Source: an uncultured Planctomycetota bacterium
GTDB taxonomy: Bacteria; Planctomycetota; PLA2; JAEUHO01
Assembly (NCBI GenBank): GCA_963752285.1
Contig: CAVVXN010000005.1
Span: forward strand, 864,001-928,000
Length of the DNA: 64,000 nt
Direction: 5' to 3'
The notes below the pieces were generated by a model. The model was not told the DNA's origin. It ran no database searches and was given only the letters and a program-made list of their open reading frames with translations. Position numbers and translations under genes: made by a program. Numbering within the stretch: the first letter of the stretch is position 1; the number at the start of each line of letters is the position of its first letter. Below are positions 28,576-38,817 of the stretch, piece after piece.

Positions 28576-29775
28576 CTACCCCAGCATCCCCAGCCCCTCG
28601 TACGCGCCGTCGAGGACGCGCTTCGCGTCCACGCCGAGCCAGCGGTCGAGGATCGTCGCGTACACGCGCCGAAAGTCGGTCGTGAAGACCAGGTCGCCGT
28701 TGTGATCGAGGTGGTCGAGGCTCGGCTGCGTCCCGTAGAGTCCGCCCTTGAGCGGACGGCCCACGAGGAAGAGCGGCGCCGCGGTCCCGTGGTCGGTGCC
28801 GCCGGAGGCGTTCTCGGCCACCCGGCGTCCGAACTCGGAGAAGGCCATCACGACGACCCGGTCCGCGACCCCCTGCGCCTCGAGGTCGGCCAGGAAGGCC
28901 CCGAGGGCGTCGCCGAGATCGTGCATCAGCGTGTCGTGGCGGGTCTGCTGCTGCGTGTGGGTGTCGAAGCCGCCCGTCTCGACCGAGATCACGCGCGCCC
29001 GGATCCCGCCGACGATCAGCGCGGCGGCGAGGGAGAGGTCGCGGCCGAGCGAGCCGCGCGTCGGGTACTCGGACTTCGGCCGGTACTTGGAGACCGTCCG
29101 TCGAACCCGCGCCGACGACGCGAGGGCCTCGGCGGCCTCGCGGTGGAGCCACGCGGGGTCGTCGTCGCCCCGCCGGGCCGCGTTCAGGGCCTCGAACGCC
29201 TGCTGCTCGCGCGAGCGGCCGAACCAACGGTAGGCCTCGGCGTAGCGGATGGCGATCGCGTCGTGCGACACGGACTCGAGCGCGTAGGGAACGCGCTCGC
29301 CGACGTGGATCGAGGCCTCCGCGCCCGCGTCGCCCGCCGCGCCGGCGTCGAGCGCGCGGCCGAGCCAACCCGTGGGCACCTGGCGGCCACGCGGGCTCGC
29401 CGTCTGCCAGATGTCCATGCTCTCGAAGTGGCTCCGGTTCGGGTTCGGGTACCCGGCGCCGAGCACGACGGCGAGGCGACCGGCGTCCCACGCCGGGCGG
29501 AGCCCGGAGAGGCCGGGATGGAGCCCGATGCCGTCCCCGAGGCGGATCACCTCCTTCGCGGCGACGGCGGTCGTTCGCCGGACGCGGTAGAGCGTCTCCT
29601 CTCCGAACGGCACCACGGTCGAGAGGCCGTCGTTGCCTCCGCTCATCTGCACGACCACGAACACGCGGTCGTTCGTGGGCGCCCCCAAGGCCGGGAAGGC
29701 GCCGCGGCCGAGCGCGGCGAGGGCGAGGCCGGCGCCCGCGCTCTGGCGGAAGAGGTCGCGACGGTTGATCGGCAT
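28576..29775 (-). CDS. DUF1501 family protein with Tat signal
   Basis: INRRDLF; GGNDGL, NRSHFESMDIW, GGFDTH, SEFGRRVAENASGGTDHG. Confidence 0.92.
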   Translation of the reverse strand: MPINRRDLFRQSAGAGLALAALGRGAFPALGAPTNDRVFVVVQMSGGNDGLSTVVPFGEETLYRVRRTTAVAAKEVIRLGDGIGLHPGLSGLRPAWDAGRLAVVLGAGYPNPNRSHFESMDIWQTASPRGRQVPTGWLGRALDAGAAGDAGAEASIHVGERVPYALESVSHDAIAIRYAEAYRWFGRSREQQAFEALNAARRGDDDPAWLHREAAEALASSARVRRTVSKYRPKSEYPTRGSLGRDLSLAAALIVGGIRARVISVETGGFDTHTQQQTRHDTLMHDLGDALGAFLADLEAQGVADRVVVMAFSEFGRRVAENASGGTDHGTAAPLFLVGRPLKGGLYGTQPSLDHLDHNGDLVFTTDFRRVYATILDRWLGVDAKRVLDGAYEGLGMLG

Positions 29776-29798
29776 GGAAGGGGCTCCCGAAGGGAAGG

Positions 29799-31457
29799 TC
29801 AGCGGAGCTGGAACTCGGGGGACGAGACGAGGAGTCGGAGCACGGCGTGGACGCGGGCGTCCACGGGTCCCACGTCCGGGTCCTGGAGGAGGCCGAGGAG
29901 CGCGGCGTGCGCAGGCAAAGCGAGGGGGCGGGCGAGGAGACGCGACTCGTAGTGGTCGAGGATGTCCGCGGGTCGCTTCAGGCCGCGCGCCGCGAGATCC
30001 CTCTCGGCGTCGTAGAGGTCGGGCCCGCCCCGTCCGCGCGCACCGCGTCGCGCGGCGCGTCGCGCGTCGTTCGGACGCATCGTGTCGCCGCCGCCCGCCG
30101 GCGCGCCCTTCTTCGGAGCGCCGCCCTTCGTGGCCCCGGCCTTCCCCCCGCCGGCGTTCGGCCGGGCGAGGGCGGCGAGGCCCGCGCGGTCCTCGGGCTC
30201 CCCCACCACGGCGAGCGCGACGTTGTAGCGTGCGAGGAGCTGCCCGGTGGTGATCCACGCGCGACCGCCATCCCAGCCCTTCACGTTCGGCGGGTCGAAG
30301 AGGTCCTGGCCCAGGAACGCCGTCAGGCGCCCGAGCGGGAGCCGCGGCGGCGGCACGACGCCGAGGGTGCGGAAGAGCCCGGCCACGAGGTCCACCGGGC
30401 TCTTGATCTTCGTGCCGACGGCGGCGTCGTCGTAGAAGGCGCGCGACGCGAAGATCTTCTCGAGGACCGGGGCGATCTCGTAGTCGGACCGGCGGATCTC
30501 GCCCGACACCGCCTCGACCAGGGCATCCGGAGGCGACGCCTCCACGAAGCACGCGAGGAGTCGCTGCGCGAGATGCCTCGGCGCCGCGTCCTGGGCGAGA
30601 AGGATCTCGAGCACGTCCTGCCCGTCGAGGCGACCCGTCTTCCCGAGCACGGTCTTCTCGCCGTCGTCGTGCTGCGCGCGGTTCATCGCGAACTGGCCGT
30701 CGTTCACGGTCCAGCCGGTGAACGCACGCGCGGCCTCCTTCACGTCGGACTCGGTGTAGTGGCCGATGCCGAGCGTGAACAGCTCCATCACCTCGCGGGC
30801 GAAGTTCTCGTTCGGATGACCCTTCACGTTCCGGTCGCCGTCGAGGTAGCGGAGCATCGCGGCGTCGCGGGCCATCTCCTGGAGGAGACGCCGGAAGGAG
30901 CCCGTGGCGAGGCCGCGCATCGTCGTGTTCTGCTCGTAGAGGTGGTACGAGGAGCGAACCGAGCGCCACGCCGACGTGAAGAGCCCGTGCCAGACGAGCG
31001 TCATACGCTCCTCGAGCGGTCGCGGCGTGGTGATCATCCGGCGGATCCACCAGTCCTTCAGCTCGCGCGCCTGCGCGGCGTCCTCGCGCTGCCACGTCTG
31101 GCGGACCTCGCGACGCTCCTCCTCCGTCTTCCCGAGGAGCGCCTCGCGACCGGGCCGCTCGCGGACGGTGACCTCGAACCGCGGCGCGTCCCGCCACGCG
31201 ACGTCCTGGTACCGGACGAGGCGGTGGACCGCGCCCTCGAGGCCGAGGTCGAAGAGCGCCTTCACCTCCTCGGGCGTGCCGCCGAAGCCCGCACGGTCGA
31301 GCAGGTGACGCGCGTCGGCGAGGGTGAACCGTTCCGCCGGGAGCGGGGCGAGCGGGTCGTCCGCGGCCGCGGACGCGGGCCGCGTCGCGACGCCGACGAG
31401 CACGAGCGCCGCCAGGAGGGCGGCGCGAACGAGGTGGGTCCCGAGGCGGCGTCTCAT
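29799..31457 (-). CDS. DUF1800 family protein with signal peptide
   Basis: HLLDRAGFG, PLEERMTLVWHG, PNENFAREVMELFTLG, PPNVKGW, SPEFQ. Confidence 0.92.
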   Translation of the reverse strand: MRRRLGTHLVRAALLAALVLVGVATRPASAAADDPLAPLPAERFTLADARHLLDRAGFGGTPEEVKALFDLGLEGAVHRLVRYQDVAWRDAPRFEVTVRERPGREALLGKTEEERREVRQTWQREDAAQARELKDWWIRRMITTPRPLEERMTLVWHGLFTSAWRSVRSSYHLYEQNTTMRGLATGSFRRLLQEMARDAAMLRYLDGDRNVKGHPNENFAREVMELFTLGIGHYTESDVKEAARAFTGWTVNDGQFAMNRAQHDDGEKTVLGKTGRLDGQDVLEILLAQDAAPRHLAQRLLACFVEASPPDALVEAVSGEIRRSDYEIAPVLEKIFASRAFYDDAAVGTKIKSPVDLVAGLFRTLGVVPPPRLPLGRLTAFLGQDLFDPPNVKGWDGGRAWITTGQLLARYNVALAVVGEPEDRAGLAALARPNAGGGKAGATKGGAPKKGAPAGGGDTMRPNDARRAARRGARGRGGPDLYDAERDLAARGLKRPADILDHYESRLLARPLALPAHAALLGLLQDPDVGPVDARVHAVLRLLVSSPEFQLR

Positions 31458-31636
31458 CCGGCTCTCCGAGGGGCTCGAGGCGCGCCACCACGCGCGACCT
31501 CCACCGGGGCCCTGAACCCCGCGCGCCCGCGAGGGTAGCGAGCGGGGAGCCCGGGTCGGGACCATCCTCCCGGCCGCGGGGCCCGTCCCCGCGTCCTCGC
31601 GCCGACCGGTCCCGGGCGGGGGCCGCCCGGATCCCC

Positions 31637-33016
31637 TCAGGGGCGTTCGAGGCGGCAGACGACCCAGCGGCCGTGCCGCCCGACGACCGTCTGCCGGAAG
31701 ATGCCCCGTCCGGAGAGGGTCGAGACGGGCCCGAGGTCCTCCGTCGCGGTCACGAGCCCGATCGGGCCTTCGAGGCGACCCGCGTCGGCGGGGTCGAGGA
31801 GGTCCACGGTGGGACGGCCGCCCGCGAGGTCGGCGAGTCGGCGCCGCGCGACCGGGTCCACCCCGGGCAGCTCGAGCGCCACCGTGCCCGCGGCGCCCGC
31901 GGCGTCGGCGGCCGAGCGCACGGCGTCGCCGAGGTCGAGGAGGCGACCCGCGAGCCCGGGCGCGCGCGGGGCGAGCTCGGCCCGAACCGCGCCCGAGCCC
32001 ACGAGGAGCGCGCCCGCCGAGGCGAGCGCGACGGCGGCGACGCGGAGCGGCCGCCGCCACCGGGTCCCCAGGCGTTCCAGGCCGAGCGCCCCCGCGAGGA
32101 GCACGAAGGGAACGACGGCCGCACCCGGGGCGAGGCCCGCCTCGGTCGCGTGAAGCGCGCCGCGCGACCACGGGAGCGCCGCGCGGAGCACCGTCTCGAG
32201 GCCGAGGCCCGCGAGCAGGAGGACCACCACCGCGCCCTGGCCGAGGAGTCGCGGCGCGCCGACGACGAGGGCGGGGAGCAGGACGAGCACCGCAGCGGCC
32301 GCGAGGAGCAGGAGCAGCGCCGGGACGCCGCCGGCCTCGCCCTGGAGCGGGGGGAGCGTCACGAAGACCACCGCGAGCACCGCGAGGAGCGCCATGGCCG
32401 CGCGCGCGACGGGCGCGCGCTCGCGGAGAACGGCGAACGCGACGAGGCCCGGCACCTGCACCGCGGCCAGCGGGTCCGCGAGGGGGAGCAGGATCGCGGC
32501 GAGGGCGCCCCCGCGGCGCATGCGGGGACCGGACGCGAGGAGGAGCGGGGGCGCGACGAGGAGGAGCACGCCCTCGAGCGCCGCGGCGCCCGTCGCGGGC
32601 CCGCCGGCGCCGAGCACGGCGACCGGGTCGAGGGCCGCGAGGAGCGCCGCCCACGCGGCGGCGGCGCGGAGCCCCGGCAAGCGGCGCCCCCAGGCGAGGA
32701 GGAGCGGGACCCAGAGCACGCCCAGCGCGAGGCCGGTCGCCCGGAGCGCCCGCGTGGGCGTCATCCCCACGGCGATCCCGGGAAGACAGAGCGCGGGGAG
32801 CAGCGGCCCCGTGCCCTCCGAGCCCGGGGGCATGGCGAGACGGCCGTGCGCGATCGCGTCCGCGCGCGTCGCGACCGCCGCCGCCTCGGGACCGAGCGGG
32901 AGGTCGAGGGACGAGAGCCTCAGGACGAGCGCGGCGAACACGACGAGCAGCACGCGCAGGATGCGGCGCGGACCCGGCTCGACGGCGGGCGGCGGCCCGG
33001 TCCCGGTCGCGCTCAC
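31637..33016 (-). CDS. Polytopic membrane protein, GT-C (ArnT/PMT-like) N-terminal architecture
   Basis: ALVLRLSSLDLPLGPE...GPLLPAL...ALRATG...AALLAALDP; many TM segments; GTG start overlaps the upstream TGA. Confidence 0.55.
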   Translation of the reverse strand: MSATGTGPPPAVEPGPRRILRVLLVVFAALVLRLSSLDLPLGPEAAAVATRADAIAHGRLAMPPGSEGTGPLLPALCLPGIAVGMTPTRALRATGLALGVLWVPLLLAWGRRLPGLRAAAAWAALLAALDPVAVLGAGGPATGAAALEGVLLLVAPPLLLASGPRMRRGGALAAILLPLADPLAAVQVPGLVAFAVLRERAPVARAAMALLAVLAVVFVTLPPLQGEAGGVPALLLLLAAAAVLVLLPALVVGAPRLLGQGAVVVLLLAGLGLETVLRAALPWSRGALHATEAGLAPGAAVVPFVLLAGALGLERLGTRWRRPLRVAAVALASAGALLVGSGAVRAELAPRAPGLAGRLLDLGDAVRSAADAAGAAGTVALELPGVDPVARRRLADLAGGRPTVDLLDPADAGRLEGPIGLVTATEDLGPVSTLSGRGIFRQTVVGRHGRWVVCRLERP

Positions 33017-33993
33017 GCCGAGGACGACGTGCTCCGGGGGAGCTTCACGCTCTTCCCCAGTGAGCGCCGATACCAGAGCATCGTCTTGACGAGGCCCTCG
33101 TGGAGGCCGACGCGCGGCCGGAAGCCGAGCACCTCCTGGGCCTTGATCGTCTCGGCGAGGCTGTGGCGGACGTCGGCCGGGCGCGCGTCCTTGTAGTCCG
33201 GCTGCACCTCGATCTCGAGCAGCTGGTTGAACACGGCGAGGAGACCCGAAACGCTGACGCGGCTGCCGGACGCGATGTTGAAGACCTCGCCCTCCGCCTT
33301 CGGCGCGGTGCACGCGAGGCGGAACGCCTCGACGACGTCCGACACGTGGACGAAGTCGCGCGATTGCTTGCCGTCGCCGTAGATCAGCGGCTGCTTGCCG
33401 CGGAGGAGCGACGAGATGAACTTCGCCACCACGCCGCTGTCGGCGTCGTCGGGCGTCTCCTGCGGACCGTACACGTTGAAGAGGCGGAGGCAGACCGTCT
33501 CCACGCGGTACGTGGCGTAGAAGACCCGCATCAGGTCCTCGGCGACGAGACACGCGGCGCCGTACGGGCTGTACGGCGTCGGGAGCATCGCCTCCTCCTT
33601 CGGGAGGACGGGGCTCTCGCCGTAGACCGCGCACGACGAGGGCAGGATCACGCGTTTCACCTTGAGGTCGCGCGCGGCGATCAGCGCGTTGAGGGTCCCC
33701 TTCGCCGCGACGTCCACCGTCTCCTCGGGGTCCCGGACCGAGCGCTCGACACCGGACACGCCGGCCAGGTGGAGCAGGTAGTCGCAGCCCTTCGCGGCCT
33801 TCTTGAGCTCCTTGCCGTCCCGGACGTCGCCCTCCACGAGGCGGACCTCGGTCTGCTTGTAGTCCTGGACGCGCCGCTTCTGGCCCCGGCGGAGGTCGTC
33901 GTACACGACGACCTTGTCGCCCCCGGCGACGAGCGCCTCGACGAGGTTCGAACCGATGAACCCGGCGCCCCCGGTGACCAGGTACTTCGCCAT
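33013..33993 (-). CDS. NAD-dependent epimerase/dehydratase family protein (atypical: YxxxC instead of YxxxK)
   Basis: LVTGGAGFIGS, HLAG, LRLFNVYGP, IYGDGKQSRDFVHVSD; catalytic segment SPYGAAC. Confidence 0.88.
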   Translation of the reverse strand: MAKYLVTGGAGFIGSNLVEALVAGGDKVVVYDDLRRGQKRRVQDYKQTEVRLVEGDVRDGKELKKAAKGCDYLLHLAGVSGVERSVRDPEETVDVAAKGTLNALIAARDLKVKRVILPSSCAVYGESPVLPKEEAMLPTPYSPYGAACLVAEDLMRVFYATYRVETVCLRLFNVYGPQETPDDADSGVVAKFISSLLRGKQPLIYGDGKQSRDFVHVSDVVEAFRLACTAPKAEGEVFNIASGSRVSVSGLLAVFNQLLEIEVQPDYKDARPADVRHSLAETIKAQEVLGFRPRVGLHEGLVKTMLWYRRSLGKSVKLPRSTSSSA

Positions 33994-34175
33994 CTCGGGA
34001 TCCCCTGGGAGGTGCGGCCCTCGGTCGGTTCGGGCCCCGACGCGGACGAATGGGCCCCCGGCGGACCGGACCGAGGGCGAGACAGTATGCGGGCCGGGCC
34101 CACCGCCCCAAGGAAATGCGGCCTTGCGCCGGGTCGTGGCGGCCAGGCGGACGCGCGGGCGGGACCGGGCGGGGG

Positions 34176-35117
34176 TCAGCGCGCGACGGGGTGCCTCTCC
34201 CTGTACCACGCGACCGTGCGGGCGAGGCCCTCGCGGAGCGGGACCTTCGGGGTCCACCCGAGCGCGCGGGCCCGCGTGAGGTCCGGCTCGCGACGCTTCG
34301 GGTCGTCCACCATCCCCTCCCGGTGCTCGACGGGGGCGTCGCTCCCCGTGACCTCCTTCATGAGCTCGGCGAAGTCGAGGATCGAGAGCTCCCCCACCTG
34401 CCCGATGTTCACCGGGAACCCGTCGCCTCTCTCGAGCACCGTCAGGATGCCGGCCACGGTGTCGGACACGTACGAGAAGGAGCGCGTCTGCTCGCCCGAG
34501 CCGTGCACGGGCAACGGACGGTTCTGCTCGGCGGCGTCCAGGAACGCCGGGAGCACGCGACCGTCGTCGAGCCGCATGCGCGGTCCGTACGTGTTGAAGA
34601 TGCGCACGATCTGCGTGCCGAGGTGGTGGACCTGGCGGTAGGCCATCGTCATCGCCTCGGCGAACCGCTTCGCCTCGTCGTACACGCCGCGGGGCCCGAC
34701 CGGGTTCACGTGTCCCCAGTACGACTCCGGCTGCGGGTGCACCTCGGGGTCGCCGTAGACCTCGCTCGTGCTCGCGAGGAGGAACTTCGCGTTCTTGGCC
34801 CTCGCGAGGCCGAGCGCGTTGTGCGTTCCGAGCCCGCCGGCCTTGAGCGTCTGGATCGGCATCTCGAGGTAGTCGCGGGGCGAGGCCGGGCTCGCGAAGT
34901 GGAGGACGGCGTCCACGTGGCCGGTGACGCCGATGCCGTCGCAGACGTCGCGGCGCACCACCTCGAGCGCCTCTTCGCCGCGGTGGTGCGCCAGGTTGTC
35001 GGCCGACCCGGTCGAGAAGTTGTCCACCACGACGACCCGGTCGCCGCGTTCGAGGAAGGCGTCCACGAGGTGGGACCCGAGGAACCCCGCTCCGCCCGTG
35101 ATCACGACTCTGGCCAC
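34176..35117 (-). CDS. UDP-glucuronate decarboxylase family protein
   Basis: [57 protein letters not shown]. Confidence 0.9.
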   Translation of the reverse strand: MARVVITGGAGFLGSHLVDAFLERGDRVVVVDNFSTGSADNLAHHRGEEALEVVRRDVCDGIGVTGHVDAVLHFASPASPRDYLEMPIQTLKAGGLGTHNALGLARAKNAKFLLASTSEVYGDPEVHPQPESYWGHVNPVGPRGVYDEAKRFAEAMTMAYRQVHHLGTQIVRIFNTYGPRMRLDDGRVLPAFLDAAEQNRPLPVHGSGEQTRSFSYVSDTVAGILTVLERGDGFPVNIGQVGELSILDFAELMKEVTGSDAPVEHREGMVDDPKRREPDLTRARALGWTPKVPLREGLARTVAWYRERHPVAR

Positions 35118-35223
35118 GTCGTCCTCCCGGCGCCGGCCCGCCCCGGCGGGGCGCGAGGATACCCGGCGCCGCGGCGCGCGGACCGCGCCGCCGGACCGAC
35201 CCTCGCCCTCCGCCCGCCCCGCG

Positions 35224-36564
35224 CTACGCGCTCAGGGCCTCGTCGAGGAACCGCGTCGAGTAGTCGCCGCGGACGAAGTACGCGTCGCGAAGGACGCGGC
35301 GGAGGAGGGGGATGGTGGTCTTGACGCCCTCGATCTCGTACTCGTCGAGCGCGCGCTGCATGCGGAGGATGGCCTCGTCGCGCGTGTCCGCGTGCACGAG
35401 GAGCTTGCCGATCATGCTGTCGTAGTTCGGCGGGATGCGGTACCCGGCCTCCACGTGGCTGTCGATCCGCACGCCCGGCCCGCCGGGCACGCGGTAGCGG
35501 GTGATCGTCCCGGGGGAGGGCGCGAACTTCCGGTCGGGATCCTCGGCGTTCACCCGGCACTCGATCGCGTGGCCGCGCGGCTTCACGTCGTCCTGCCGGA
35601 TCGAGAGTCCCTCCCCCGCGGCCACGCGGATCTGCTCCTTCACGAGGTCGATGCCGGTCACGAGCTCGGTGACCGGGTGCTCGACCTGGATGCGCGCGTT
35701 CACCTCGATGAAGAAGAAGGAGCGATCCTGGACCAGGAACTCGACGGTGCCCGCACCGTGGTAGCCGACCGACTTCGCGAGCTTCACGGCGGCGCGGCCC
35801 ATCTTGCGACGGAGGTCGTTCGCGATGCCGGGGCTCGGGCTCTCCTCGATCACCTTTTGATGCCGGCGCTGGACCGAGCAGTCCCGGTCGCCGAGGTGGA
35901 TCACGTTTCCCTGGCGGTCCGCGAGGATCTGGAACTCGACGTGCCGCGGCTCGGGCAGGTACTTCTCGATGTAGATGGACGAATCGCCGAATGCGGTCTC
36001 GGCCTCGGACCGCGCCGAGGAGAGGTTGTGCACGAGCGAGATGTCGTTGTTGGCCACGCGCATGCCGCGCCCGCCGCCGCCGGACACGGCCTTGATGAGC
36101 ACGGGGTAGCCCACCTGGCGGGCGACCTTCAGCGCCTCCTCGTCGTTCCGTACCGGGCCGTCGCTTCCCTCGACCAGCGGGATCCCGACGCTGGCCGCGG
36201 CGCGCCGGGCCTCGGCCTTGTCGCCGACGCGGCGGATCGTCTCGACGTCGGGCCCGATGAACTCGATGTTGTTCGCTCGACACACCTCGGCGAAGTGCGC
36301 GTTCTCGGAGAGGAAGCCGTAGCCCGGGTGCACGGCGTCCACGTTCGCGATCTCGGCGGCCGAGATGATGCTGGGGATCGACAGGTACGACTGCGCGCTC
36401 GACGGCGGGCCGATGCAGATCGACTCGTCGGCCTGCTCGAGGTACGAGGCCGACGCGTCGGCCGTCGAGTAGACCACGACGCTCTCGATGCCCATCTCGC
36501 GACACGCCCGGATCACCCGGAGGGCGATCTCGCCGCGGTTCGCGATCAGGATGCGCTCGAACAT
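35224..36564 (-). CDS. accC: Acetyl-CoA carboxylase biotin carboxylase
   Basis: [58 protein letters not shown]. Confidence 0.97.
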   Translation of the reverse strand: MFERILIANRGEIALRVIRACREMGIESVVVYSTADASASYLEQADESICIGPPSSAQSYLSIPSIISAAEIANVDAVHPGYGFLSENAHFAEVCRANNIEFIGPDVETIRRVGDKAEARRAAASVGIPLVEGSDGPVRNDEEALKVARQVGYPVLIKAVSGGGGRGMRVANNDISLVHNLSSARSEAETAFGDSSIYIEKYLPEPRHVEFQILADRQGNVIHLGDRDCSVQRRHQKVIEESPSPGIANDLRRKMGRAAVKLAKSVGYHGAGTVEFLVQDRSFFFIEVNARIQVEHPVTELVTGIDLVKEQIRVAAGEGLSIRQDDVKPRGHAIECRVNAEDPDRKFAPSPGTITRYRVPGGPGVRIDSHVEAGYRIPPNYDSMIGKLLVHADTRDEAILRMQRALDEYEIEGVKTTIPLLRRVLRDAYFVRGDYSTRFLDEALSA

Positions 36565-36577
36565 CGAGCCGCCCGCG

Positions 36578-37051
36578 CTACGCGACCTTCACGCGGAACA
36601 GCGGCTCGTCGAACTCCACCGGCTGCCCGTCGTCCACGAGGATCTCGACGATCTCGCCGGCCATCTCCGCCTTGATCTCGTTGTTGACCTTCATCGCCTC
36701 GACGATGCACACGACGGTCTCGGGCTCGACAACGTCGCCCACCTCGACGTAGGGCTCCGACTCGGGGCTCGGCCGCCGGTAGAAGGTCCCGACCATCGGG
36801 GACGGGATGACCCGGGTGCCCGGCACCTCCGCGGGAGCGCCCGGCGCGGGCGCCTCGCCGGCGGCGGGCCCTGGGGCGAGGGGCATCGCCACCGACGCCG
36901 GCAGGGGGAACGCCGCCTGCGGCGCGGCGGTGAACACGGGGGGGCCCGGCTTTCGCAGCGAGACGCGGAACCCCTCCTGTTCGAGCTCGAGCTCGATCAG
37001 CCCGTTGTCGTTCATGAGCTGAACGAGCTTCTTGAGCTCCCGATGATCCAT
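36578..37051 (-). CDS. accB: Biotin carboxyl carrier protein
   Basis: SPMVGTFY and EAMKV biotinylation motif; adjacent to accC. Confidence 0.96.
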   Translation of the reverse strand: MDHRELKKLVQLMNDNGLIELELEQEGFRVSLRKPGPPVFTAAPQAAFPLPASVAMPLAPGPAAGEAPAPGAPAEVPGTRVIPSPMVGTFYRRPSPESEPYVEVGDVVEPETVVCIVEAMKVNNEIKAEMAGEIVEILVDDGQPVEFDEPLFRVKVA

Positions 37052-37124
37052 GCGCCCGATGCTCCCGCCGATCGCCGCCCGGCTCCGCCGAACCCGGGAC
37101 TCTACGGGTCGCTCGCGAACCCTG

Positions 37125-38177
37125 TCAAGGAACGCGCTCTCCGGTCGCAAGACCGGGCCGGGGCGCGGCACCCAGGCCGAGCACGTCCTCGGCGATCTGG
37201 ACGGCGTTCAGGGCCGCGCCCTTCCGGAGCTGGTCGCCCGTCAGCCACAGGTCGATCGCCCCTCGCCGCCCGGGGTCCCGGCGGATGCGGCCCACGAGCA
37301 CGGGGTCCCCCCCCTCGGCGTCGCGCGGCGTGGGGAACACAAGCGACGCCGGGTCGTCCACCACGCGCACGCCCGGGGCCTCTTCGAGCCACGCGCGCAC
37401 GTCGTCCGGCGACACGTCCGACTCGAACTCGACGTTCACCGCCTCGCTGTGGGCCCGTCGGACCGGCACGCGGACGCAGGTCGCGCTCACGGCGAGGTCG
37501 GGCCGTCCGAGGATGCGCCGCGTCTCGTGCACCATCTTCCACTCTTCCGTGGTGAGGCCCGCGTCGCCGAAGGCCTGCACGAAGGGCAGGACGTTCCCGT
37601 GGATCGGTTTCGGGTAGACCTCTTTCGTGAGCGGCCGGCCCCGCAGCTCGTCGTCCATCTGGGACCGTAGCTCGTGGAGCCCCCGCGCGCCGCTCCCCGA
37701 CACGGCCTGGTAGGTCGAGCACACCACGCGCCGGACTCGGCACCGCCGGTCGAGCGGCGCGAGGACCACGACCAGGAGGATCGTCGAGCAGTTGGGGTTC
37801 GCGACGATGCCCCGGTGCCCACGCGCCTCGGCGCCGTTCACCTCGGGCACGACGAGCGGCACGTCCGGGTCCATCCGGAACGCCGACGAGTTGTCCACCA
37901 CGAGCGCGCCCGCCGCGGCCGCGCGGGGCGCGTGCTCGCGACTCCGGTCGCCGCCCGCCGAGAAGAACGCCACGTCCACGCCCGCGAACGACTCGGTCCC
38001 GAGCGGGGTCACCGGCACGGGGTCGCCGCGGAACGAGACGGCCGTGCCCGCGGACCGCGCGGACGCGAGGCAGCGCAGTCGCCCCACGGGGAAGCTCCGC
38101 TGCTCGAGCACCTGGAGGAGCTCGCGACCGACGGCGCCCGTGGCGCCCGCGATCGCGACGTCGAACCCGCGGGTCAT
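37125..38177 (-). CDS. asd: Aspartate-semialdehyde dehydrogenase
   Basis: GATGAVG, DNSSAFRMDPDVPLVVPEVN, ANPNCST, TYQAVSGSG, TCVRVPV, LRKGAALNAVQIAE. Confidence 0.97.
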   Translation of the reverse strand: MTRGFDVAIAGATGAVGRELLQVLEQRSFPVGRLRCLASARSAGTAVSFRGDPVPVTPLGTESFAGVDVAFFSAGGDRSREHAPRAAAAGALVVDNSSAFRMDPDVPLVVPEVNGAEARGHRGIVANPNCSTILLVVVLAPLDRRCRVRRVVCSTYQAVSGSGARGLHELRSQMDDELRGRPLTKEVYPKPIHGNVLPFVQAFGDAGLTTEEWKMVHETRRILGRPDLAVSATCVRVPVRRAHSEAVNVEFESDVSPDDVRAWLEEAPGVRVVDDPASLVFPTPRDAEGGDPVLVGRIRRDPGRRGAIDLWLTGDQLRKGAALNAVQIAEDVLGLGAAPRPGLATGERVP

Positions 38178-38692
38178 GTCCCTGCCTCCGACCGGGTCCA
38201 GCGGCCCGAACGTCCACCGTCCTTCTCGAGGAGGCGCACGCGCTCGATGGTCGCGGCGCGGTCCACGCCCTTGACCATGTCGTAGAGCGCGAGGGCCGCG
38301 GCCGACGCGGCCACCAACGCCTCCATCTCGACGCCGGTCCGGTCGAACGCCACGACGCGGGTCTCGACCCGGACGCTCGTCGGCCCGCCTGGCGCGACGT
38401 CCACTTCCACGGCGTCGAGGCGCAGCGGATGACAGAGCGGGACCCAGTCCGAGGTCCGCTTCGCCGCCTGGATCCCGGCGAGGCGCGCCACCGCCGCCGC
38501 GTCGCCCTTGGCGAGGCGCCCGGACCGGAACGCCTCGACCGTCTCCGGGCGAAGCACGACGAAGGCCTCGGCGCGCGCGAACCGGCGCGTGGACGGCTTG
38601 GCCGACACGTCCACCATCCGCGCGCGGCCCTGCTCGTCGAGGTGGCCGGGGGCGTCGCGCGGGGCTCTCACGTCGGAACCGTCCTCCGGCAT
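38174..38692 (-). CDS. moaC: Cyclic pyranopterin monophosphate synthase
   Basis: HLDEQGRARMVDVSAK, AGIQAAKRT..PLCHP, TGVEMEAL, YDMVK, LLEKDGG.SG. Confidence 0.96.
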   Translation of the reverse strand: MPEDGSDVRAPRDAPGHLDEQGRARMVDVSAKPSTRRFARAEAFVVLRPETVEAFRSGRLAKGDAAAVARLAGIQAAKRTSDWVPLCHPLRLDAVEVDVAPGGPTSVRVETRVVAFDRTGVEMEALVAASAAALALYDMVKGVDRAATIERVRLLEKDGGRSGRWTRSEAGT

Positions 38693-38817
38693 GGCCGGCA
38701 TCGTACGGCAGCGGCTCGGCCTCCCGCCGCGACGGGGGCGCCCGGACCCGCAACGCCGCGGTCGCCGCCGCCCCCACCCCCAGGGGCCGCGGCCGGCGGC
38801 CGTCGGCACCCGACCGG

